In this document: positions 15,863 through 24,199 of the stretch, piece after piece
How the letters are laid out: every line of letters starts with the position of its first letter
Numbering within the stretch: position 1 is the first letter of the stretch
Assembly: GCA_031400975.1 (NCBI GenBank)
Contig: JANNQX010000269.1
Location: 10,687 to 74,686 of the forward strand
DNA: 64,000 nt
DNA from: Gemmatimonadota bacterium
Lineage (GTDB): Bacteria > Gemmatimonadota > Gemmatimonadetes > Gemmatimonadales > GWC2-71-9
Direction: 5' to 3'
Notes under the pieces: model-generated
Seen by the model: the letters and a program-made list of their open reading frames with translations, nothing else
Database searches by the model: none
What the model was told of the DNA's origin: nothing
Program-made: the position numbers and the translations under genes

Positions 15863-16324
15863 GTGCCCAAAGATCCAGTGGCCCAACTGCTCACCGCCTA
15901 CCCGGTCCTCCACCACGCTCTGCGGAAACGGGAGGAGCGGGGCAGCCGCTTGGCTGGTGGCACCGTCACCGACCATCAAGTCACTCTCCTCGCTCAGTTG
16001 GACCAAGCGGCCGGCGGGACGATGACGGAGCTGGCCGTGGCGATGGGGGTGGCTCTCCCGACCATGTCGCTCTCGGTTGACCGTATCGAGGGGCTCGGCT
16101 TGGTCAAGCGTGAGCGCGATGTCGCCGACGGGCGCCGGGTCATCCTTCGCCTGACCGAGGCCGGCGCCCGATTGGTACGGGGGCGGTCCTTGATCGACCC
16201 TGTCCGCGTCCGGGCCCTCCTGGCTCTCCTGACGCCCGCCGACCGGTCTGCGGGAATCGATGCGTTTGTCACCCTAGCGCGGGCCGCACAGCGACTCGGG
16301 CTCCCTTCTCGAGGTACTCCATGA
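15863..16324 (+). CDS. MarR family transcriptional regulator
   Basis: Winged-HTH segment TDHQVTLLAQLDQAAGGTMTELAVAMGVALPTMSLSVDRIEGLGLVKRERDVADGRRVILRLTEAG. GTG 15863 is chosen because it sits 6 nt after the predicted -10. The ORF track's TTG 15848 is the alternative. Confidence 0.8.
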   Translation: MPKDPVAQLLTAYPVLHHALRKREERGSRLAGGTVTDHQVTLLAQLDQAAGGTMTELAVAMGVALPTMSLSVDRIEGLGLVKRERDVADGRRVILRLTEAGARLVRGRSLIDPVRVRALLALLTPADRSAGIDAFVTLARAAQRLGLPSRGTP

Positions 16325-16872
16325 ACCGCCGCCAACGTCTTCGCCGTCGTCAGATCCGGACCGCGGGTCTGTTTGGGCCTGTCGGTCTGGTCGCCCTGGT
16401 CGGGGTCGTCGGCCTGCTCCTGCCGGCCCTTCACCGCGAGGAGGTTCGGACCCTATTGCCGGCCTCGGCCCGAACCGTCTGGGCTATCCTGAACGATCTT
16501 GATGGGATGCTCGACTGGCGTCGGGATCTTCGCAGGTTGGAGCGGCTGCCCGATGCAGAGGGGCGGGTTCGGTGGCTCGAGGTTCGATCGGGAGGCGGGC
16601 TGACCACCTACCAACGAGTCGAGTCGGTTGCGCCCAGCCGGATGGTGGTCCAGTCGGCCGAAACGGGGCGCCGCTGGGTTTACGAGGTGCGCGGTCTCGA
16701 CCGCGGCAGCGAGCTTGCCGTTCTCCAGGAGCGGACCATCACCAACCCGTTCGAGCGGACGTTGGTCCGAGTCTTTGGATCGGATCGGAATGGAATTGAA
16801 CGTCTCACGACCGACTTGGAGCGACGGCTCGCCGGTCGGCGGGCCCAACTCGCGACTCGGGTACCGGACTGA
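16321..16872 (+). CDS. SRPBCC (START/polyketide-cyclase-like) family protein with N-terminal TM
   Basis: ATGA overlap with marR. TM (LFGPVGLVALVGVVGLLLPAL), then SARTVWAILNDLDGMLDWRRDL...RWVYEVRGLDRGSELAVLQERT, typical of SRPBCC. Confidence 0.65.
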   Translation: MNRRQRLRRRQIRTAGLFGPVGLVALVGVVGLLLPALHREEVRTLLPASARTVWAILNDLDGMLDWRRDLRRLERLPDAEGRVRWLEVRSGGGLTTYQRVESVAPSRMVVQSAETGRRWVYEVRGLDRGSELAVLQERTITNPFERTLVRVFGSDRNGIERLTTDLERRLAGRRAQLATRVPD

Positions 16873-16881
16873 CCTCGCGGG

Positions 16882-17166
16882 TCAAACTGGGATGCCACAA
16901 CGTTGGAGCGCGCGCTCGAGGTAGACTTCTACGAGATCGAAATGAGGCGTTTTGCTCCGATGGATCCAGTGGACGGAACAGCCGAGAGAAACGGCCGCTT
17001 CCACGAGATCGATCTCGTTGATGGCAAGGAGGTGACAGGTCCGGCGACCCCGGAACTTGAACAGGTTTTCGTGAACCGCGATGCCACCCTGGGCCGCCCA
17101 GTCGCGGGCAATCGCGACCTCGCGAGTCCGGAAGTAGCGCCAGCCGATCGGACGTGGGTCAGTCAT
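16882..17166 (-). CDS. DUF4031-like protein
   Basis: Trimmed to ATG 17166 (94 aa). CHLLAINEIDLVEAAVSLGCSVHWIHRSKTPHFDLVEVYLERALQRCG follows the DUF4031 pattern (H-L..D...ELH.FA..LG......HYD). Its start overlaps the arfB stop by 8 nt. Confidence 0.5.
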   Translation of the reverse strand: MTDPRPIGWRYFRTREVAIARDWAAQGGIAVHENLFKFRGRRTCHLLAINEIDLVEAAVSLGCSVHWIHRSKTPHFDLVEVYLERALQRCGIPV

Positions 17167-17569
17167 CGGGAGGGCGTTGCCGATCCCGTTTGACTCCGGA
17201 GCGGTGCCGTTTCTGCTCGAGTCGGCGAACTTTGACGCCCTTTGGGATTTTGGTTGCGCGCCGCCGTTTGGGAACGACCAGGGCTCGCCCAATCAAGTTC
17301 TCCAACCGCTCGCGCGCGGCCTCCTTGTTACGAAGTTGGCTCCGGGAATCAGACGCGACGACCCGGATCCATCCTTCGCCGTCGATTTTCGTCGCCAATT
17401 TTGCCAAGAGGAGGTCCCGATCAGGGGTGGCCAACGTGGCCGAGGTTCGAACATTCCACCGGACCTCGACTCGGGTCGATGAGGTGTTCACGTGCTGGCC
17501 ACCGGGCCCGCCAGACCGGGAGGCTCGAAATTCCAGCTCGTGGTCGGGGATCGGGAAGGTGGCCGCCAT
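17159..17569 (-). CDS. arfB: alternative ribosome-rescue factor ArfB (peptidyl-tRNA hydrolase, YaeJ)
   Basis: GGQ motif in RSGGPGGQHVNTSSTRVEVRW, plus a basic C-terminal tail (RRRATKIPKGVKVRRLEQKRHRSGVKRDRQR). Confidence 0.9.
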   Translation of the reverse strand: MAATFPIPDHELEFRASRSGGPGGQHVNTSSTRVEVRWNVRTSATLATPDRDLLLAKLATKIDGEGWIRVVASDSRSQLRNKEAARERLENLIGRALVVPKRRRATKIPKGVKVRRLEQKRHRSGVKRDRQRPPDD

Positions 17570-17626
17570 GGCGGCAAAAGTAATATCCTCGCTTCCGTAA
17601 CCGGGGTGTGCCGTTACGTTTCTGAC

Positions 17627-18424
17627 ATGGAAAGTCGAATCGAGCTGGATCGGTGGCTTGAGGGCCGGGGCCGGGTCTTGCTGGGCTACTCTGGTGGCGT
17701 GGACTCCGCCTTGCTGGCGGTCGTCGGGGCCGCGGTGCTCGGTGGGGGCCGGTTTCTGGCGGTGATCGGCCGGAGCGCCTCATTTCCGGAATCGCAATGG
17801 CGTCAGGCGCGTGCGGTTGCCGACGAGTTTGGAGTGCCGGTAATCGAAATCAACACGGATGAGTTGGACAATCCGGACTACCAGGCCAACTCGCCGCAGC
17901 GCTGCTATTTCTGCAAATCGGAGCTGTGGTCCCGGCTGGCGGAGGTCGCCGCGGGCTCGGGCTTCGACACGATTATTGACGGGACCCATGCCGATGACGG
18001 CGGCGACCATCGTCCGGGTCGGGCAGCCTCCGTTGAGCATGGGGTTCGCTCACCCTTGGCCGAACTTGGCTGGACTAAGGCAATGATCCGGGCCGAGGCG
18101 CGAAGGCTGGGCCTTCCGATTTGGGCCGCCCCGGCCGCCCCCTGTCTGTCGAGCCGAATCCGCTACGGTCTTGCCGTGACGGCTCCGCGCCTCCGCCAAG
18201 TGGAACTCGCTGAGGCGTTCCTCCGTAAGCTCGGCGTCCAAGGCGATCTCCGGGTTCGCCATCATGATGACGTCGCCCGGATCGAGGTGGTGCCGGAGAT
18301 GTTCTACCTAATTGATTCTCAATGGTCGGCGATCAAGTCGGCTCTCACCGACTTGGGGTTTTCCCACGTCGAACGCGACCGGACCGGGTATCGGCGGGGC
18401 AGTCTGCTCCCGGTGGCGTCGTGA
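17627..18424 (+). CDS. larE: LarE-like PP-loop ATP pyrophosphatase (TIGR00268-type sulfur transferase)
   Basis: Trimmed to ATG 17627. PP-loop LLGYSGGVDSALL and conserved Cys set CYFCK plus PCLSSRI. Confidence 0.75.
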   Translation: MESRIELDRWLEGRGRVLLGYSGGVDSALLAVVGAAVLGGGRFLAVIGRSASFPESQWRQARAVADEFGVPVIEINTDELDNPDYQANSPQRCYFCKSELWSRLAEVAAGSGFDTIIDGTHADDGGDHRPGRAASVEHGVRSPLAELGWTKAMIRAEARRLGLPIWAAPAAPCLSSRIRYGLAVTAPRLRQVELAEAFLRKLGVQGDLRVRHHDDVARIEVVPEMFYLIDSQWSAIKSALTDLGFSHVERDRTGYRRGSLLPVAS

Positions 18425-18972
18425 GACTCTTCATCGGGATTCCGCTGCCGGACGCCGCGGGCGCCGAGGTCGCCGGGGCGCTTCGCCAGCTTCGGGCGCG
18501 GGAATGGCCGGTTCGCTGGGTCAGCGAACACGGGCTTCATCTGACCATCAAGTTCTTCGGGGAGACCAGCGGCGACCGAGTGGAGGCCATTGTCGAAATG
18601 TTGAACTTTGCGACCGAGGGCCTTCACCCGTTGACGCTGACCTTGTCGTCCGCCGGGGCTTTCCCCCCGGGCCGCCAGCCAAGGGTCATCCACTTTGCCG
18701 TCGATGCGGATTCCGCCCTCGAGTTGCTCCAGGATCGGGTTGAGCGGGGCGGGGAGCGGCTCGGGTTTCAGCCCGAGGGTCGACCGTTCCGTCCGCACCT
18801 AACCTTGGGCCGAGTCCGAGAGGGGCATCGGCTTCCGGATGGTTGGCAGTCGGAGCTCGAGCGGATTCCTCCCGGCGAGTCCTTTCTGGGCGATCGGGTG
18901 GTGTTGTACGAGAGCGAGCTGACACCGACCGGGCCAAGCTACGCGATTCGGCACACCGTCGTGCTCAAATGA
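18421..18972 (+). CDS. thpR: RNA 2',3'-cyclic phosphodiesterase (2H phosphoesterase, LigT/ThpR)
   Basis: GTG 18421 overlaps the larE stop (GTGA). Both H-x-T/S motifs are present (HLTIKFFGE and FRPHLTLGRV). Confidence 0.85.
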   Translation: MRLFIGIPLPDAAGAEVAGALRQLRAREWPVRWVSEHGLHLTIKFFGETSGDRVEAIVEMLNFATEGLHPLTLTLSSAGAFPPGRQPRVIHFAVDADSALELLQDRVERGGERLGFQPEGRPFRPHLTLGRVREGHRLPDGWQSELERIPPGESFLGDRVVLYESELTPTGPSYAIRHTVVLK

Positions 18973-19619
18973 TCTTGAGTTGCTTGGCGTGGCCGGCCCG
19001 TTTGGTTGGTACGGCGCTGCTGGTCGGGGCCGGGTACGTGGGATGGATCAATCGGGCCGAGGTTCGCCGGTGGATCCATCAGCGCACGGCCGAGCCGGCA
19101 CCCCCACCGGACGACGCGGTGGCGCCCGCCGAGCTCCGCCGCCGGGCGTTGGCACGGTTCGACTCGCTCGCTCAGGGCCAAGCGGACTCCGTCGTGCTGA
19201 CTCCGCGGGAAGTGGCGACCCTGGTCCGCGACGAAATTGATCGGCGAGCCCTGGGGTTCGCCGACAGCGTCGGGGTCGAGCTGCTCGATGGCGGGGTCTC
19301 GATTCGAGCCCAGATCGACGCGGCCCGGCTTCCGAAGGGCACATTGGGCCCGCTCAGTGAATGGGTCTCCGGGCGAGAAACGGTGGTGGTGCAAGGTCCG
19401 CTGACGCTTCGGCGACTGGGCACGGCTGAATGGGCGTTGGACCAGGTCACGATTCGCGGGCTGCCGCTGCCTCGCGGGCTCTGGGAGCGGCTGTTGTCGC
19501 TGATGGTACCGGGGGTTGCCGGCACCGTGTCCTTTCCGGTCGATCGGTGGATTACCGGAATCCGCGTCACGCCACGAGGCGCCGTCTTGTTCGGTGGCCG
19601 AGCGGAGCGGGTCCGGTGA
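18969..19619 (+). CDS. hypothetical membrane-anchored protein
   Basis: ATG 18969 overlaps the thpR stop (ATGA). N-terminal TM (LVGTALLVGAGYVGWI), then about 180 aa of non-repetitive sequence. No family recognised. Confidence 0.55.
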   Translation: MILSCLAWPARLVGTALLVGAGYVGWINRAEVRRWIHQRTAEPAPPPDDAVAPAELRRRALARFDSLAQGQADSVVLTPREVATLVRDEIDRRALGFADSVGVELLDGGVSIRAQIDAARLPKGTLGPLSEWVSGRETVVVQGPLTLRRLGTAEWALDQVTIRGLPLPRGLWERLLSLMVPGVAGTVSFPVDRWITGIRVTPRGAVLFGGRAERVR

Positions 19620-20980
19620 AGCCAAGAATTCTCGTGGTCGACGACGAGCCGGCGGTTCGGGATGCGTTGAGGCAAGTCCTCGAGTACGAAGGGATGGAAA
19701 TTCGGACGGCCGGATCCGGGGGTGAAGGCCTGACCCTGTTTGAGGAATTCCGGCCTCACGTGGTCGTGCTTGACGTCAAGATGGCCGGCCTCGATGGTCT
19801 CGAAGTTCTGGCCCGTCTCAAGGCGGTTGATCCGGGAGCGACGGTCGTGATGATCTCGGGTCACGGGACGATCGCGACAGCGGTTCAGGCCACCCAGCAA
19901 GGCGCCTTCGATTTTCTCGAGAAGCCGCTCGATGCCGATCGACTGCTGGTGACGCTCCGGAATGCGATGGACCACGCCTCATTGGCCGGCGAGCATGAAC
20001 GCCTCAAGGGGTCGATCGACACCAAGTATCCGATGATCGGCTCGAGTCCTGAGCTACGGTCGGTTCGCGATCTTATTGCCCGGGTCGGCCCGACCGGGGC
20101 ACGGGTATTGATCACCGGCGAAAACGGGACCGGGAAAGAATTGGTTGCCCGCGCGATTCATGAGGCGTCCCCTCGCCGGGACCGGGCGTTTGTCGAAGTT
20201 AACTGCGCGGCGATTCCCACCGAGCTGATCGAGAGTGAATTGTTCGGGCATCTGCGGGGCAGCTTCACCGGCGCGGTGGCGGATCGGGCCGGCAAGTTCG
20301 AACTGGCCGATGGGGGGACGCTCTTCCTCGACGAAATCGGCGACATGTCGCTCTCCGCTCAAGCCAAAGTGCTCCGAGCCCTTCAGGAGGGAGTCGTCTC
20401 ACGAATTGGGGCGGCCAAACCGCTCGAGGTGGACGTTCGAGTTTTGGCGGCAACCAACAAAATGGTGCAACAGGAAATCGCGAGCGGGCAATTTCGAGAG
20501 GATCTGTTTTACCGGCTCAACGTCGTCCCAATTGAAGTGCCGCCGTTGCGCGAGCGCCGGGCCGACATTCCTGAACTGATCGCCCACTTCGTCGGGCAGT
20601 TGGGCGGCCGGGCCGGCATCGTGGCGAAGCCGTTCAGCACCGATGCCATCGAACGGCTTGCGACGCGGGCTTGGCCGGGGAACGTTCGAGAACTTCGAAA
20701 CGCGGTCGAGCGATTGCTGATCCTCTCGACCGGCAAGTCGGTTTCCGGGAGCGACGTGGAGCGACTGATCCCCAACGGGGCGGCCGGGCCACCGGAAACA
20801 GATCCCGACTCGTCAGGCAGCTACGGATCTTTCAAGCTGGACGCGGAGCGAGTGTTCCTGCTGCAGAAACTCCGCGAGCATGACTGGAACGTGGCCGAAA
20901 CGGCTCGGGCCGTGTCGATGCCGAGGTCGAACCTCTACAAGAAAATCGAGAAGTACCAATTGACCCGGGAGTCAAAGTGA
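19616..20980 (+). CDS. sigma-54-dependent Fis-family response regulator (NtrC-like enhancer-binding protein)
   Basis: GTG 19616 overlaps the upstream stop (GTGA). REC domain ([14 protein letters not shown]...[16 protein letters not shown]), AAA+ ([39 protein letters not shown]) and a C-terminal Fis HTH ([23 protein letters not shown]). Confidence 0.92.
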   Translation: MKPRILVVDDEPAVRDALRQVLEYEGMEIRTAGSGGEGLTLFEEFRPHVVVLDVKMAGLDGLEVLARLKAVDPGATVVMISGHGTIATAVQATQQGAFDFLEKPLDADRLLVTLRNAMDHASLAGEHERLKGSIDTKYPMIGSSPELRSVRDLIARVGPTGARVLITGENGTGKELVARAIHEASPRRDRAFVEVNCAAIPTELIESELFGHLRGSFTGAVADRAGKFELADGGTLFLDEIGDMSLSAQAKVLRALQEGVVSRIGAAKPLEVDVRVLAATNKMVQQEIASGQFREDLFYRLNVVPIEVPPLRERRADIPELIAHFVGQLGGRAGIVAKPFSTDAIERLATRAWPGNVRELRNAVERLLILSTGKSVSGSDVERLIPNGAAGPPETDPDSSGSYGSFKLDAERVFLLQKLREHDWNVAETARAVSMPRSNLYKKIEKYQLTRESK

Positions 20981-21432
20981 CCGGCGGCCAACCGCGGGAC
21001 TGGGACAAAGAGATGGCGGAGATTGACAAGGTGCTTGCCAAGACTCCGCCGGCGCAACTCACCGAGCGATCGAGTGCGGGAAGTTCCCCGGCCGCGAGTC
21101 CAACGCGGGGCGGGGCCGTGACGGCGCCGGCCGGGCGCCGCCAAGCACTGTCGACCTGGTTTCGGGTCGGCCTTGGAGTGGCCCTCGCCGCCGGGATGAC
21201 CCAATGGCCATACTTCCATGCCTGCGGAACCGCGCTGTTTGTGTATCTGGGTGCGATTGGGATGGTAGCTGTGACGGGGATCTGGGGCCTGATGACCACC
21301 TGGCGCCGCCGGATGGGGCTGGCCCACGCGATTTCGTTGGTGGTGCTTTTGTCAGGCGGAATCCTGGCCGCCGCCTCGATCCTACCGCGCACTGGCTATG
21401 CGAAACGAACCGCTACCTGGATCTGTCACTAA
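20977..21432 (+). CDS. hypothetical membrane protein
   Basis: GTG 20977 overlaps the regulator stop (GTGA). About 60 aa of soluble N-terminus, then three TM helices (WFRVGLGVALAAGM; ALFVYLGAIGMVAVTGIWGL; AISLVVLLSGGILAAASIL). Confidence 0.55.
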   Translation: MTGGQPRDWDKEMAEIDKVLAKTPPAQLTERSSAGSSPAASPTRGGAVTAPAGRRQALSTWFRVGLGVALAAGMTQWPYFHACGTALFVYLGAIGMVAVTGIWGLMTTWRRRMGLAHAISLVVLLSGGILAAASILPRTGYAKRTATWICH

Positions 21433-21534
21433 GTGGTAGAGGGGCTGGGGTTCAGGAACTTGGTCGCCAGGACAACGACAATGGACGGCGTGGTTGCGAA
21501 CTAGGCGCGGCGCTGGGTAGGTTCGGTTGTCGTT

Positions 21535-22434
21535 GTGTTTTCTTTGGGAAGGGTCTCCACAGGCATGCGTCCAATTCGGGTCGGCGCTGGCAAGGGCGGG
21601 TCGGGCTCTGATGACGGGTCCCTCGACATCTATCTTCGGGAAATCAGCCGCTACCCGCTGATTCCGCAGGAGGAAGAGGTCGAGTTGGCCCAGCGGATCC
21701 GGACGGGTGAGGCCGAAGCCCTCGATAAGTTGGTCCGGAGCAATCTTCGATTCGTGGTCTCCGTCGCCAAGAAGTACCAGAACCAAGGTGTGTCGCTCTC
21801 CGATTTGATCAATGAGGGTAATCTTGGCCTGATGCGGGCGGCCCGCAAATTCGACGAAACCAAGGGCATCAAGTTCATTTCGTATGCGGTCTGGTGGATT
21901 CGCCAGGCAATCCTCCAAGCGCTGGCCGAGCAAAGCCGGATCGTCCGGGTGCCCCTCAATCGGGCCGGGACACTTCATCGGATTACCCGTCGGAGTGCGG
22001 CCCTGCAGCAAGAGTTGGGGCGCCAGCCGACCGCGGCCGAAGTTGCCGAAGGGATGGATATCGGGGTTGAAGAGATCGAGAAGACCCTGGCGATCTCGCT
22101 AAACCACGTGTCTCTCGACGCCCCGTTGGCCCCGGGCGAGGACAATCGGCTCCTTGACTACTTAGCCGATACCCAGAATCCAGGGCCCGATGCCGAGACG
22201 TTCGAGCGGGCCCTGACCCAGTCCATCGAAGAGGTGCTGTCGAGCCTCCGGGAACGGGAGGCCAAGATCCTCCGGTTGTATTTCGGTCTCGACAGTCCGG
22301 AACCGATGACCTTGGAGGAGATTGGGGCGAATTTGGGGATCACCCGGGAGCGGGTTCGGCAAATCAAGGAAAAGGCCCTCAGTCGGCTCCGCCACGTCAG
22401 CCGCTCGAAGGCGCTTGAAAGTTTTCTTTTCTAG
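21535..22434 (+). CDS. compact RpoD/SigA-like sigma-70 family sigma factor (regions 1.2-4)
   Basis: DIYLREISRYPLIPQEEEVELAQRIRTGE, NLRFVVSVAKKYQNQGVSLSDLINEGNLGLMRAARKFD, KFISYAVWWIRQAI, and region 4 LEEIGANLGITRERVRQIKEKAL. The start is uncertain between GTG 21535 and ATG 21565. Confidence 0.88.
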   Translation: MFSLGRVSTGMRPIRVGAGKGGSGSDDGSLDIYLREISRYPLIPQEEEVELAQRIRTGEAEALDKLVRSNLRFVVSVAKKYQNQGVSLSDLINEGNLGLMRAARKFDETKGIKFISYAVWWIRQAILQALAEQSRIVRVPLNRAGTLHRITRRSAALQQELGRQPTAAEVAEGMDIGVEEIEKTLAISLNHVSLDAPLAPGEDNRLLDYLADTQNPGPDAETFERALTQSIEEVLSSLREREAKILRLYFGLDSPEPMTLEEIGANLGITRERVRQIKEKALSRLRHVSRSKALESFLF

Positions 22435-22444
22435 ATCAAGGATC

Positions 22445-22948
22445 ATGGCTTCAAATTCTTCGTTCGATATTTCGACTGGTGCCGATCTCCAAGAGGTAGA
22501 CAACGCGGTCAACCAGACCGTCAAGGAGATCAGCCAACGCTACGACTTCAAGGGCACTGCCTGTACGATCGAATTCGACCGCACCTCGGCGACGATCAAG
22601 CTCTTCGCCGACGATGAGTTCCGAATGAACCAGCTGATCGATGTCCTGGAGGCCAAGTGTGCCAAGCGGCAGGTCCCCTCGAAGAACCTTGCCAAGGGCG
22701 ATTACGAGCCCGGCACCGGTATGTCGATGCGATGTGTCATCACGCTGACCCAGGGGATCAGCCAAGAGACCGCGAAAAAGATCTCCAAGGCGATCAAAGA
22801 AGGTGGCTTCAAGAAGGTCCAAACCCAGATCCAAGGTGAGGAAGTCAGGGTCACCAGTCCCTCCCGCGATGAATTGCAAGTCGTCATGGCCTTCCTCCGA
22901 TCTCAGGACTTTGAAATCGAACTCAAGTTCGGCAACTACCGGGGCTAA
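22445..22948 (+). CDS. yajQ: YajQ family nucleotide (cyclic-di-GMP)-binding protein
   Basis: Trimmed to ATG 22445. SFDISTGADLQEVDNAVNQTVKEISQRYDFKG...KKVQTQIQGEEVRVTSPSRDELQ is characteristic of YajQ/UPF0234. Confidence 0.88.
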   Translation: MASNSSFDISTGADLQEVDNAVNQTVKEISQRYDFKGTACTIEFDRTSATIKLFADDEFRMNQLIDVLEAKCAKRQVPSKNLAKGDYEPGTGMSMRCVITLTQGISQETAKKISKAIKEGGFKKVQTQIQGEEVRVTSPSRDELQVVMAFLRSQDFEIELKFGNYRG

Positions 22949-24191
22949 TTCCTTCCGGTGGGCCGCGCTGTTCGCCCTCTCTGCCGCGACCGGCTGCCCG
23001 CGGGTCGAGGTCGGCGGGGGCGTTGGGTTGCCTTCGGCGGAAACGGCCGAGCCGGTTGTTCGGGTTGCCATCGGACTGCCGCAGCGCGAGGTCACGATCG
23101 GAGGCGCCGCCGGCTTGTTGGTCTCGTCCTCGGACGGGGGCGGCCTGGCGCAGTTTCCGGCTGGAGCCGCCGCGACCCTGACCGGGAGCGGTACCACCGT
23201 ACGGGCTGCTATCGGCGGGATCAGCACGGCGAGTGGGACCGTCTTGACGGTCCAGCCCCTCGACTCAGTCGGCTTGGTCCGCGTAAACGGCCGGGATTAC
23301 CGTGGGTCGCTGCTGGTTACCTCCACTTCGACTGGAATTTTGGTTGTCAACCTGCTCTCGGTCGAGGCCTACGTTGCCGGGGTCGTAAACGCCGAGATGG
23401 GCCGCCGGGCACCGGCCGACAGCGAAGCCGTCTACGCCCAGGCGGTCATCTCACGGACGGTGGCGATGCGAGCGCTGGGGCGCTATCGGATTCGGGGTTA
23501 CGACGTCGTCAGTACGGTGTCCGACCAGGCGTACGGGGGCGTCGCGACCGAGACCGAAATGGGCTGGGCCGCTGTTCGGGCAACCCGGGGACAGGCCCTA
23601 ACTTTTGGCGGCTCAGTCATCGAGGCGTTCTTTCATTCCACCTGCGGCGGCCGAACCGAGGCGGTGGATCAGGTCTTTTCAGGAGCGCCGCAGCCGTACC
23701 TCCAATCGGTGTCCGATCGCGGCCCATCGGGCGAGATCTACTGTGCCATCTCGCCGCGGTTTCGGTGGCGGGAGGAGTGGACCGGCGAACAGGTGACGAA
23801 AGTCGTTCGGGAAAACGCGAAGTTCGTCGGGGTTGCCCCGGACGCGATTGGCGTTGCCGCCGATCTTCAGCTCGCCGGCCGCTCGCCCTCGGGCCGAGCC
23901 GCCGAGCTGGTGCTGGTCGCCGGCGGGCGTCCGGTTCCGATCGCGGGCCAGCAGGCCATCCGACAAGTCCTTCGGTTGGCGGACGGCGGGTGGCTGCGAA
24001 GCACTCAGTTTTCGATCCAGGTGACCCGCACTGGGGGCCGGTTGGTCCGGTTGGCCCTCGAGGGCGGTGGTAACGGCCACGGGGTTGGGATGTGTCAGTG
24101 GGGGGCGGTTGGTCGAGCCCGGGCCGGGGCAGCCTACCAAGAAATTCTGTCGGTGTATTTTCCTGGCACCGATTTGCGCCGCCTTTACTGA
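22911..24191 (+). CDS. SpoIID/LytB domain-containing protein (probable lipoprotein)
   Basis: SVEAYVAGVVNAEMG...FHSTCGGRTE...HGVGMCQWGA are SpoIID motifs. There is no in-frame ATG or GTG after the yajQ stop. TTG 22911 gives a lipobox-like leader (ALFALSAATGC), so the start is uncertain. Confidence 0.75.
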   Translation: MKSNSSSATTGANSFRWAALFALSAATGCPRVEVGGGVGLPSAETAEPVVRVAIGLPQREVTIGGAAGLLVSSSDGGGLAQFPAGAAATLTGSGTTVRAAIGGISTASGTVLTVQPLDSVGLVRVNGRDYRGSLLVTSTSTGILVVNLLSVEAYVAGVVNAEMGRRAPADSEAVYAQAVISRTVAMRALGRYRIRGYDVVSTVSDQAYGGVATETEMGWAAVRATRGQALTFGGSVIEAFFHSTCGGRTEAVDQVFSGAPQPYLQSVSDRGPSGEIYCAISPRFRWREEWTGEQVTKVVRENAKFVGVAPDAIGVAADLQLAGRSPSGRAAELVLVAGGRPVPIAGQQAIRQVLRLADGGWLRSTQFSIQVTRTGGRLVRLALEGGGNGHGVGMCQWGAVGRARAGAAYQEILSVYFPGTDLRRLY

Positions 24192-24199
24192 GGGACACG

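Noticed and set aside
22421-22430. Recurring GTTTTCTTT motif (also at 21537-21545 and 62323-62331) as a shared regulatory word.
   Set aside because: The copy at 22421 is coding sequence (SFLF) with no preceding stem. Only the 62323 copy follows a perfect hairpin. Three short T-rich matches are compatible with chance.
24164-24177. Sigma-54-like promoter TGGCAC-cgat-TTGC just upstream of the Gfo/Idh/MocA gene.
   Set aside because: The GG to GC spacing is 11 nt, not the strictly required 12 nt, and the site lies inside the SpoIID coding region. It would need experimental support.
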